Below are positions 19,397 through 28,389 of a DNA stretch of 64,000 nt, in pieces (positions within the stretch are counted from its first letter, which is position 1; every line of letters begins with the position of its first letter). A program made the position numbers and the translations under genes. This stretch comes from a bacterium (GTDB taxonomy: Bacteria; RBG-13-61-14; DATKZS01). Location: assembly GCA_963674965.2 (NCBI GenBank), contig CAXXFL010000006.1, positions 480,001-544,000 of the forward strand. The letters are read 5' to 3'. Below the pieces are notes generated by a model. It was not told where the DNA came from, did not search any database, and was given only the letters and a program-made list of their open reading frames with translations.

Positions 19397-21628
19397 ATGA
19401 AGAAGTTTTTTAAGATTGCCGCGATAATCATCACATTGATCCCCTGCTCCCCGGTCCTGGCCGGGGAACCGCAAGAAGATGGAGAGCAAAACGCCGGCGA
19501 TGAATACGCCATGGAGGAGGTCGTGGTCAGCGGCGAAAAAATCGTCATTCCCACCAAGCAGACCGACGACACCGTCTATACCGGAGCCGAGGTCACCAAA
19601 GAGGGGATAAAGGCGCGGGGCCAGGGGGCCTGTGTCAGCGTTTACAACGCGGTGGACATCCTGCCCGGAGTAGTGGCGGAAAGCACGGACCCCTATGGAC
19701 TGGCGGCGGAGCAAAGCCAGATTCGCACCCGCGGGGTCCGGGGTTACCTGGGATCGATGACGGTGGAGGGCGTGCCCAATTACGGCGGCAACCCCATGGG
19801 ACCCAGGGACTATATCTACGACATGGAAAACATGGACGGTATCGCCGTGTACAAGGGAGCGGTCCCCGGAGACCTCGGCATCGGCGTGGGCGCGCGGGGA
19901 GGCGCGATCGAACTCAGGCCCCGCTGGCCGGAGGAGGAGTTCGGAGTCGATCTGTCCCAGTCCTTTGCCGAGAACAAGTACACCCGCTCGTTCGTCAGGA
20001 TGGACTCGGGCGAACTGCCCGGCGTGAATACCGCCCTGGCGGGGTCCTACTCTTTCAGCCAGACGGACAAGTGGAAGGGACCGGGAGAGATCGGTCCTCG
20101 CAACAACGCCTCTTTCATGCTCAGCCAGCCGTTGGGCGATCAAGACGTCATCAAGCTCTGGTACAACTACAACTACCTCAAACAGGACCTGTACCGCCCG
20201 CTTACCTACGATGAGGTCGAGGACCTGCACGGCAATTATAACCTTGATTATAACGATGAATTGACGGGGACCAAGGCGGACGACCTTTATTATTACGAGT
20301 ACAACCGCGGCAAGTACGCCAACCAGGACGTGATGGCGGTGGTACCCATATCTTTTTCCGATTCATTTCGCCTGACCTTCAAGCCCTACTACTCGGAGGA
20401 GGACTCGGAAATTTCCCAGGGAGTGGCTTCCATGGGCGGGAGCGTGCAGGTACGGACCAGGGAGATCGAGCGTTACGGCGTGATTTCCCAGTTGGACTGG
20501 AAGCTGCAAAGCATGACCATTGGCCTGGGTTACTTTTTCGAGTCATCGGACATGGAAATCGCCAACCAGTTTTACGACCCCGTCACCCTGGCTTTCAAGG
20601 GTTACGGAATGTACATGGAAAACGAATCTCCGGGACTGGTGAACAGCCCGTATATAAAGCTGGCCGGCGGCCATGACAAACTGGACTGGCAGGCTGGTCT
20701 CAAGTACTTCCACTACCGGGACCCGGAAAGCCAGGGCTACATTTCTCCCCCTCCCGATTATGTCCTGGTCAAGGCCGATGACCTGGTGAGGGAGGAAAAG
20801 GTGTACGAGGCTTACCTGCCCACCCTGGGCGTAAGCTATCACCTAAGCGACTCGGCGGAGGTCTACGCCAGTTACGGCAGGAATCACATCAGGCCCTACG
20901 CTTACATGCCGCTGATCAATCTGTACAACCAGAATAGGACCACGTTCCAGAACGCGGGCATTACCCTTGATGAACTGTTCGACAACTACGACATGGAAAT
21001 ATCGGACTCCTACGAGGTGGGGGCCCGTTTCCACGACGAGCGGATGGACCTGTCCGGGTCCTTGTTTTACGCCACGCACGATAACCTCATCACCCCGGTT
21101 TACGATCCCCGGGTGGACCTGACCTATAATCAGTTCGTGGGCGAGGCCGCGGGTTACGGCGTCGAGCTGGTCACGAACTTCTATCCGATCGATAATTTGA
21201 CCATCTTTGTCAACCCCGCCTACACCTCTCTGACTTATGACGAGGACATCTCTTACCAGGGCCAGACCCTGGAGGTCAAGGGGAGCCAGGTCGTTGACAC
21301 TCCGGAGTGGACGGTCAAGGGCGGCGCGATAGTTTCCCATGACGGCTTCGAGTTCGTATCGCGTCTTAGGTATATTGGAGACAGGTACGCCGACGTGGAG
21401 CACGAGGAAAAAATCGACGGATATTTCGTAACCGATCTGAAGCTGGGATACACGGCCAAAAATTACACGACGCTGGACGCGCTGACCCTGTCGGTCGAGG
21501 TAAACAACGTCTTTAACGAGGAATACGTTTCCAACATCAACTCTTCCGACACCACCATGGCCGGCGCCTCGAGTTTCCAGGTGGGAGCGCCCAGGACGGT
21601 CCTCTTTAACGTGTCGGCTGAATTTTAA
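19397..21628 (+). CDS. TonB-dependent receptor
   Basis: Signal peptide, TonB box EEVVVSG, plug (RTRG, GGAI), NNVFNEEY, GAPRT, terminal Phe. Confidence 0.92.
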   Translation: MKKFFKIAAIIITLIPCSPVLAGEPQEDGEQNAGDEYAMEEVVVSGEKIVIPTKQTDDTVYTGAEVTKEGIKARGQGACVSVYNAVDILPGVVAESTDPYGLAAEQSQIRTRGVRGYLGSMTVEGVPNYGGNPMGPRDYIYDMENMDGIAVYKGAVPGDLGIGVGARGGAIELRPRWPEEEFGVDLSQSFAENKYTRSFVRMDSGELPGVNTALAGSYSFSQTDKWKGPGEIGPRNNASFMLSQPLGDQDVIKLWYNYNYLKQDLYRPLTYDEVEDLHGNYNLDYNDELTGTKADDLYYYEYNRGKYANQDVMAVVPISFSDSFRLTFKPYYSEEDSEISQGVASMGGSVQVRTREIERYGVISQLDWKLQSMTIGLGYFFESSDMEIANQFYDPVTLAFKGYGMYMENESPGLVNSPYIKLAGGHDKLDWQAGLKYFHYRDPESQGYISPPPDYVLVKADDLVREEKVYEAYLPTLGVSYHLSDSAEVYASYGRNHIRPYAYMPLINLYNQNRTTFQNAGITLDELFDNYDMEISDSYEVGARFHDERMDLSGSLFYATHDNLITPVYDPRVDLTYNQFVGEAAGYGVELVTNFYPIDNLTIFVNPAYTSLTYDEDISYQGQTLEVKGSQVVDTPEWTVKGGAIVSHDGFEFVSRLRYIGDRYADVEHEEKIDGYFVTDLKLGYTAKNYTTLDALTLSVEVNNVFNEEYVSNINSSDTTMAGASSFQVGAPRTVLFNVSAEF

Positions 21629-21653
21629 TAACGGTAAGCAATGGAGACATGGA

Positions 21654-22205
21654 ATGGAAAACAACCCGGAAATATCCAAGCCCCTGGAGCTTTATCCCGT
21701 TGGCGTGGTAAAAAGTCCTATCAAAAAACCCATGCTCCACGCCGGCAAAACGGATTTGGAGCTTAAGGAGGGAATAGAGAGGGCCAAATCTCAAAGAAAA
21801 GAGATTGATGAAAACGTCGTCGAGTTGGTAATCCTTCCGGAAATGTCGGACCTCCTTGACGGCGTCGATGGATTCTCTCATATCCTTGTTTTATACTGGC
21901 CGCATTTGATCGACCAAGAGCGGCGTAGCCTCCTCAAGGTCCATCCCATGGGGCGCAAGGACCTTCCCATGCAGGGCATTTACGCCACTTGCAGCCCGGT
22001 CCGGCCCAACCCAATTCTGGTAACGGCGGTCCGACTTCTCGAAAGAGACGGAAACATACTCAAGGTAAAGGGACTCGAGGCGGTTGACGGAAGTCCCATC
22101 ATCGACATTAAGCCATATTCAAAGCATTACTATCAAGTTGAAAACCCAACCGTCCCGGCGTGGATGGAACAAATCCACCGCGAACTTGAAGAAGGAGGGT
22201 CTTGA
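21654..22205 (+). CDS. tsaA: Single-domain TsaA/TrmO-like SAM-binding protein
   Basis: PVGVVKSP, GFSHILVLYW, GIYATCSPVRPNPI, DGSPIIDIKPY. Confidence 0.85.
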   Translation: MENNPEISKPLELYPVGVVKSPIKKPMLHAGKTDLELKEGIERAKSQRKEIDENVVELVILPEMSDLLDGVDGFSHILVLYWPHLIDQERRSLLKVHPMGRKDLPMQGIYATCSPVRPNPILVTAVRLLERDGNILKVKGLEAVDGSPIIDIKPYSKHYYQVENPTVPAWMEQIHRELEEGGS

Positions 22206-22831
22206 AAATGACGTCTGAAACCTCAATGCCGCCCACCGCCGATGAAATTTTTTCCGGTGAAGATTTCAAACGCTGCGCCGACTTTCACGGACATATATGC
22301 CCCGGTCTTTCCCTGGGATACAAAGCCGCCAGGGCCGGCATGGCCTGGCTCAAGGAGAACCGGTCCGAGGACGAGGAACTCGTGGCCATAGTCGAAACCG
22401 ACGCCTGTTCGGCCGACGCCATACAGGTCCTCACGGGATGCACTTTTGGCAAGGGTAACTTTTTTCATAAGGACCATGGAAAAATGGCCGTGACCTTCTT
22501 CAGCCGCAAAACGGGCCAGGGAGTGCGCGTGTCTCTTAAGCCCGGGGCTTTCGCGCCCGATCCCGAGCACGTGGCCTTGATTCAAAAATTTATCTCCGGT
22601 GAAGCCACCGACGATGAGCGGGGGCGTTTTCAAAAACTGCACCTCCAACGGAGTCGCGAAGTGTTGGAGACCCCTGACGGCGAGCTCTTCATTTGCTCGC
22701 CGGTTCGGACCGAACCCCCGCCCAAGGCCAGGATCGAGCCGTCGGAAATATGCCCCGTCTGCGGCGAGCCGACCATGCCTTCTAAGATGGAAACAACGGA
22801 TGGGCGGAGGGTTTGCAGGAGTTGTCTCTGA
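22202..22831 (+). CDS. FmdE (FwdE) family protein with C-terminal zinc finger
   Basis: FHGHICPG, ETDACSADA, GCTFGKGN, CPVCGE..CRSC. Confidence 0.9.
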   Translation: MKMTSETSMPPTADEIFSGEDFKRCADFHGHICPGLSLGYKAARAGMAWLKENRSEDEELVAIVETDACSADAIQVLTGCTFGKGNFFHKDHGKMAVTFFSRKTGQGVRVSLKPGAFAPDPEHVALIQKFISGEATDDERGRFQKLHLQRSREVLETPDGELFICSPVRTEPPPKARIEPSEICPVCGEPTMPSKMETTDGRRVCRSCL

Positions 22832-22832
22832 C

Positions 22833-23807
22833 ATGAGCGGGACGCCCCGCGAAAAGACGGAAACCGTTTCCTTCGGATGCCGACCTCACGGCCACGTATT
22901 GACGTCAAAGCATCAACGCGCCAACGAGCGCCGGACATGGTTGGTACTCGGCATTACGCTGGTCACCATGGTTTTGGAAATCGTTTGCGGCCTGCTTTTC
23001 GGATCCATGGCCCTGTTGGCCGATGGCTGGCCCATGGCCAGCCATGCCTTGGCCATGGGCGTCACCGCGCTGGCTTATTATTTGACCCGTAAGCACCAGG
23101 ACGATCCCCTATTTACGTTCGGCGCCGGTAAGATAGGAGACTTGGCGGGGATCGGCAGCGCTCTATTGCTTTGGTTCATCGCGGTCCTTATGGCCTATGA
23201 ATCCATTATCCGGCTTGTTCATCCCGTGACCATACGTTTCGGGGAGGCTATGATGGTGGCCGGCATCGGACTGGCCGTTAATCTTGCCAGCGCGATGATC
23301 CTCAAAGAGCATACCCATGAGGACGAACGAAATCACTGCAATCACGACCATAATATTCGAGCGGCCTATCTTCACGTTCTGGCGGACGCTCTTACTTCCA
23401 TTCTGGCCATCGTGGGACTGGGAGCGGGGATGCTGTGGGGTTGGTCTTTCCTCGATCCGCTGATGGGCATCGTGGGCGCGGCCCTGATCAGTCACTGGTC
23501 CTGGGGCCTGTTGCGGCGGACCGGCAACGTATTACTGGACAGGACAACCGACGAAGGCATGGCCCGCGAGATTTCTGACGCTATCTTTGCTTTTGATGGA
23601 GTCCGCAATGTCGATTTGCACGTATGGAGGGTGGGACCAGGGCATTTCAGTTCCATCGTCTCGCTTATCGCGCCGGACGGGCAAACTCCAGATGATTTCA
23701 AGTCCCGATTATGCAACGTCAGCGGTCTGTCGCACGTGACTATTGAAGTAAATCCATCCGCCGGAAATCAAAACATCAAGAGAGAAAAATATGCCGCCAA
23801 AACGTAA
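22833..23807 (+). CDS. dmeF: CDF family DmeF-like Co/Ni efflux transporter
   Basis: GSMALLADGW, FTFGAGK, His loop, AAYLHVLADALTS, DLHVWRVGPG, SHVTIEV; TM2 His replaced by Pro. Confidence 0.85.
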   Translation: MSGTPREKTETVSFGCRPHGHVLTSKHQRANERRTWLVLGITLVTMVLEIVCGLLFGSMALLADGWPMASHALAMGVTALAYYLTRKHQDDPLFTFGAGKIGDLAGIGSALLLWFIAVLMAYESIIRLVHPVTIRFGEAMMVAGIGLAVNLASAMILKEHTHEDERNHCNHDHNIRAAYLHVLADALTSILAIVGLGAGMLWGWSFLDPLMGIVGAALISHWSWGLLRRTGNVLLDRTTDEGMAREISDAIFAFDGVRNVDLHVWRVGPGHFSSIVSLIAPDGQTPDDFKSRLCNVSGLSHVTIEVNPSAGNQNIKREKYAAKT

Positions 23808-23852
23808 TGGGCGGCTTGCGTGAAGAACGTCTTTCAAGTAAAGGAGCATCAA

Positions 23853-24974
23853 GTGAAAAAAAAGATTTGTGGATCGATCGGAAAACAAAGGTATTCATGC
23901 TTTTGGCTGGTGATTTTGCTTGCAACGTTAAGTTTGTGCGCCTTCTCCTTTAAGGTCGTGACGGCGGCTTCCGTTTACGATTCATGGTCGGCTATTGGAA
24001 AAGTTGCCGCTGAACGAGCCTTGGGCATGATTAAACGGGCGGGAGCAACGCCCGCCAAGGGAAATCTCGTCGTCATCACAAACGCGGGATACGCGGAGGT
24101 GAAAGGGTCCTCCACTCAGGCCGCGCTCGATGGACTGTCGGACGCCGCGGGAGCAAGCAGGGGACGCAATACTCTCGTCGAAGTTCATTCCTCTCCCTGG
24201 TCCCCGCTCTGGTTTGCCGTTTACGATAAAGCCTCGGGTAACTGCGCGTACTTGGAGGTCAATCCGGATGTCGCGGAATTGTCAAAGGATGCATCGAATT
24301 TATTCAAGGTATCGGCGATCGAAAAAATCGACGCGGAACGTCTTTATAAAAACGCCGATGATTATAAAGCTATATTTAAGGAAAAAATATTTGGCGGCAA
24401 TGAGTTCAGGATCATTACCATAGCCAACGCCGTCTCCAAGGGAGCGCCTAACGCGGTCGTCAGGGCCTTCGAGTTCCACGACCACTACTGCCCCGGAGTG
24501 ACGTCGGGCGTCATGATGGCCAACTACCTCAAGAAAAATTTCCCGGCCGGCGATTCCGGATACTTCGTTCATAGCGTCGACCCATGGTGCAAGGAAGACG
24601 CTCTTATTACTCTGCTCAACGCGACGCCCGGTAAAAAAGGCTACGCGGTCAGTTACCCGAGCGACGAGGACAAGAAGGACCTGACGGAGGACGGTAAAAA
24701 AGCTTCTACCATCGTCTATCGCCAGAACAACGAGACCGGAATTTGGGAGGGAATGGTTCTGGCCTTTGACTGGAGCGCCGAGACCGGTTGCGAGCAAACC
24801 GGGAACATGGCGGTGGACAAGCTCTGCGCGGATATGTGGTATCTCGACCGCCTCGACCGCCCCGAGGATTTCGTCAAGGTCCTGAAAACCTTCGAGATGC
24901 CAAAGGACGTCTCGCCAAGAGATTGGGCCAGGCCGGGCGTGGACCCGCTGGAAAAGCTCGGCATGAAAAAATAG
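23853..24974 (+). CDS. Exported tandem FmdE-family protein
   Basis: AGGAG + GTG start, signal peptide, degenerate N-domain (ITNAGY..ALDG..GRNTL) and intact FHDHYCPG..WCKEDA domain. Confidence 0.8.
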   Translation: MKKKICGSIGKQRYSCFWLVILLATLSLCAFSFKVVTAASVYDSWSAIGKVAAERALGMIKRAGATPAKGNLVVITNAGYAEVKGSSTQAALDGLSDAAGASRGRNTLVEVHSSPWSPLWFAVYDKASGNCAYLEVNPDVAELSKDASNLFKVSAIEKIDAERLYKNADDYKAIFKEKIFGGNEFRIITIANAVSKGAPNAVVRAFEFHDHYCPGVTSGVMMANYLKKNFPAGDSGYFVHSVDPWCKEDALITLLNATPGKKGYAVSYPSDEDKKDLTEDGKKASTIVYRQNNETGIWEGMVLAFDWSAETGCEQTGNMAVDKLCADMWYLDRLDRPEDFVKVLKTFEMPKDVSPRDWARPGVDPLEKLGMKK

Positions 24975-25371
24975 CCGGCCCGTCACGCCGGTCGTCCCAT
25001 ATAAACAGCGGCCAATGAAAAGGATAAAGTTATTGTCGAGCGCCAATGGCCTTATTCCCGAAAGGAAGCGATCGCCAGGGACTTCTTTGAGGATATGTCC
25101 GACGAGAAGCGGTGGCCGGAATTGTCCGAGTGGGAATTCCCGATCGCCTGGAGGGCCATCCTTGAATTGGAACCGGCGTCCGGCAAGTGAAGCCCTTGGC
25201 CATAGTTTAGTCCTCCTTATCGCCATGCTTTTTTTGTAATAAAATTATCCCGCGGCGAGGAGGACTTTTCATTCAAAAGCTATCTTGGACAAGAGTGAAT
25301 ATTACTCAGGACTCAAAGCCGGGGGCTTTCAAGCGCGCGTTTATTTACAATCACTTGAGGCCGTTCATGGC

Positions 25372-26799
25372 TTAGCTTTTTTTCATGGGTATGTCCCACT
25401 TCTTCATGTATTTCCATATAGTGGTGTGACTGCATCCCAATCTTCTTCCCACCATTGACTTATTCCAGTCGCATTCCTCAAGGAGATTAACGAGTTCTTG
25501 CCGGGTCATATCTTTTCTTTTTTTCTTTTTCGCGTTTTGTCCGAGGTTGTTGTACTGTATTCTTCTAACCTCGACCGGAATGTCGAAAAGTTCAATCCGG
25601 TTATGCTTGCATATCACGAAGGCGTGCTCGATGGCGTTTTCGAGTTCCCTTATGTTTCCCGGCCAGTGGTACTCCATGAGGACCCTCATTGCTTCCTCGG
25701 AAATGCACGATATATCGCGGTTGTTCTCGCGGTTGAACCTTTTGATAAAGTGGTCGACCAGAAGGGGGATATCGCTTTTATGATCACGCAAAGGCGGCAT
25801 ATGAATCGTGAAAACCTTGAGTCGAAAATAAAGGTCCTCCCTGAACGCTCCCTTTTTTACCAGTTCCTCCAAATTCCTGTTAGTGGCGGCTATGACCCTG
25901 ATGTCGATCTTTCGTTGCCGGGATTCGCCTATCCTCTCGATGGCGTGGTCCTGGAGCACCCGGAGCAGTTTCACTTGGATGACGGGAGATATGTCGCCTA
26001 TCTCGTCGAGCAGGATCGTGCCGCCGTGGGCCTCTTCAAACCTTCCCACCCGGCTTCGAAACGCGCCGGTAAAGGCGCCCTTGACGTGACCGAACAGCTC
26101 GCTTTCAAGCATTGACTCGGGCAAGGCCGAGCAATTTACCATTATCAGCGGGTGCGGCTCCCGGGCGCTTTGATAATGGATGGCCCCGGCGGCCAGTTCT
26201 TTTCCCGTGCCGCTTTCTCCCTGGACCAGGACGGTGGCGTTGCTCGATGCCCCCGCTCTCCTGATGGCGTTATAGACCCTCTTCATGGGGAGACTTTCCC
26301 CAACGATGTTGCCCAGGCTGTGATGCAGTTTTTTATGTTCATTCTCGGCTTTGGCCTTTATCTTTTGAACCGAGGTTATATCCGTCACGCTCTCGACCGC
26401 TCCAATGATCCTGCCGTTTTTATCCTGGATCACGCGGGCGTTTTTAAGCACCGGCACGAACCACCCGTTTTTATGGCGGAGCATGCACTCCATGTCCTTG
26501 ATCTCGCCCTTGACGAAAAGTCCGCACGCTTCGACGTCGCTGGGGCAGACCTCTCCGTTCCTGTACTGGAACTGCAAAAGGCTGGGATGCTTGCCCAGCG
26601 CTTCTTCCCTTGAATAGCCGGTGATGTTTTCCATGCTCTTGTTCCAGAGAATAACGCGCGTAGCCCTGTCTATTACGAAGGCGCCGTCTGGAAAGGTGTC
26701 GATAAGTATTTCGAGAAGAGAAGACTCGAGGTCGTCCTTTATCGATTCCTGAAATTTTCTTAATACTTCCATTTTTTTGTTTTCCGGTATTTTAAGCAA
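25372..26799 (-). CDS. PAS-domain sigma54-dependent enhancer-binding protein (Fis HTH)
   Basis: PAS, GESGTGKE, ESELFGH, GAFTGA, LDEIG, WPGNIREL, C-terminal HTH. Confidence 0.95.
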   Translation of the reverse strand: MLKIPENKKMEVLRKFQESIKDDLESSLLEILIDTFPDGAFVIDRATRVILWNKSMENITGYSREEALGKHPSLLQFQYRNGEVCPSDVEACGLFVKGEIKDMECMLRHKNGWFVPVLKNARVIQDKNGRIIGAVESVTDITSVQKIKAKAENEHKKLHHSLGNIVGESLPMKRVYNAIRRAGASSNATVLVQGESGTGKELAAGAIHYQSAREPHPLIMVNCSALPESMLESELFGHVKGAFTGAFRSRVGRFEEAHGGTILLDEIGDISPVIQVKLLRVLQDHAIERIGESRQRKIDIRVIAATNRNLEELVKKGAFREDLYFRLKVFTIHMPPLRDHKSDIPLLVDHFIKRFNRENNRDISCISEEAMRVLMEYHWPGNIRELENAIEHAFVICKHNRIELFDIPVEVRRIQYNNLGQNAKKKKRKDMTRQELVNLLEECDWNKSMVGRRLGCSHTTIWKYMKKWDIPMKKS

Positions 26800-26982
26800 A
26801 GATTGAGGTGGATAAATGAAAAAAGTCCGGAAATTATTTTCTCGCCGCCAGGCGGAAAATATCCTCAGCCCGGCGATGGCGCGGCTGGAACCATCCGCTT
26901 TTTCGCGATTATAATTATTTTAAAGCTTATATAACATGATATTACGTTCGGCGCGTTTTTCAAGTATCCGCCTTTTTACATC

Positions 26983-27861
26983 CTAAAACCTGGCGTTTAC
27001 CGCGTCCCTGGGCACGCTGCATATGGACGCGACTTCCCTTGCGTTCTCGCCCATGCACAAGGCAAGAATCTGGTTGTAGTCGAAAACCGGTATACCGTAG
27101 GCGCCGTTTCCGCCGCTCAAATGTTTTTGTACGTTGTCAAGGTGCATGAGGCAGGTTATGCATGAAACCACGATCAAGTCCGCCTTGGTTTCGTTTTTGA
27201 TGGCGTCAAGTTTTTCCTTGGCGTACCGTTGGGCCTCAGGGGCCGAGGTGTTATGAAATCCTCCCGCCCCTCCGCAGCATTGGTACTCCCTGCTGAAGGA
27301 GTCGACCTCAGCGCCCAGGGCCTCGACCAAGTCCCTGAGAATGTGCGGGCGCGCGGGAGGAGAGTCGAAACCGACCAGTTCGCTGGGAAACAAGGTATGG
27401 CACGGGTACTGTACCACGGCGTGGAGGCCCTCGAGGCTCTTGCCGATGGTCCTGGATATCTTGTCAAGCCCCACCTCGTTATACAAAACGTCGGTTATGT
27501 GACGGACCTTGGCCTTGCCCGTCACGCTTCTTCCCGTCGGCTCGAGCAGCTCGTTGACCCGGTCCTTTCTTTTCTCGCTCGATAGAATGTGCTCACGCCC
27601 GGTCTGTAGCGAGCTGTAGCATGATCCACACTCGACGAGCAGGTCCAGCCCTTTTTTTTCGGCCAGGGAAAGGTTCCAGCCGCTCACGGCCAGATGGGAA
27701 TCGTCGTCGTTTGACGGGAAAGTCCCGAAAGCCGGACAACAGACGAAACCCTCCAGGTCCACCAGGTCGACGCCCAGCCGGGGCATGGTCGTTCTTATCG
27801 CCCTCTCCACGTCCGGGCGCAGAGCCGGGGTATTGCATCCCAAGAATAGTCCGATTTCCAT
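26983..27861 (-). CDS. hdrB: Heterodisulfide reductase subunit B-like
   Basis: FLGC, CCPAFG, CGSC, YPCH, CCGG, CITC (two CCG domains). Confidence 0.88.
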   Translation of the reverse strand: MEIGLFLGCNTPALRPDVERAIRTTMPRLGVDLVDLEGFVCCPAFGTFPSNDDDSHLAVSGWNLSLAEKKGLDLLVECGSCYSSLQTGREHILSSEKRKDRVNELLEPTGRSVTGKAKVRHITDVLYNEVGLDKISRTIGKSLEGLHAVVQYPCHTLFPSELVGFDSPPARPHILRDLVEALGAEVDSFSREYQCCGGAGGFHNTSAPEAQRYAKEKLDAIKNETKADLIVVSCITCLMHLDNVQKHLSGGNGAYGIPVFDYNQILALCMGENAREVASICSVPRDAVNARF

Positions 27862-27862
27862 T

Positions 27863-28372
27863 TTATGCACCCTTAAACATGAATTCGTTGTCGCTGATGA
27901 TCTTGGTCTTCATCAGCATTTGTCTGAATTTCTCCAGAAGATCGGGATACTCCCCTAAAACCGGCAGCTTTTCCGGAAGCCCGAGTTCCTTTCTCTGCTC
28001 GGTGTTTCTCTCAACCGGCTGGGTGTATCCCCTGTTATAAATTTCCACGATCGACGGTGGAATCCGAGTGGAATCGTTCGCGCACTGCCACTTTCTGATG
28101 GCCAGACAAAGCTCGAAAGGCTTGACGTCCATGGGACACATTTCCTCGCAGCGCGAGCAGGTCACGCAGGTCCAAGGCGTGTCCTCATCGAGAAGCTCGT
28201 CCTCCATGCCCAGGATGACCATGCGCGCCAGGTTCCGGATGAGAAGCGGAGGGTCCGCGTTTGAAGCCGGGCAGCCGGAGATACAGGCTCCGCAATTGAA
28301 GCAATAGCGCAGGTTGGGATTGTCGTAAACCTCGCTCCATAAATCTTTCTTCGCTTCCTGCAAATCAACCAA
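27863..28372 (-). CDS. hdrC: Heterodisulfide reductase subunit C-like
   Basis: AGGAGG + TTG at 28372; CFNCGACISGCP and CVTCSRCEEMCP. Confidence 0.88.
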   Translation of the reverse strand: MVDLQEAKKDLWSEVYDNPNLRYCFNCGACISGCPASNADPPLLIRNLARMVILGMEDELLDEDTPWTCVTCSRCEEMCPMDVKPFELCLAIRKWQCANDSTRIPPSIVEIYNRGYTQPVERNTEQRKELGLPEKLPVLGEYPDLLEKFRQMLMKTKIISDNEFMFKGA

Positions 28373-28389
28373 GTCGGGACCTCCTGAGT

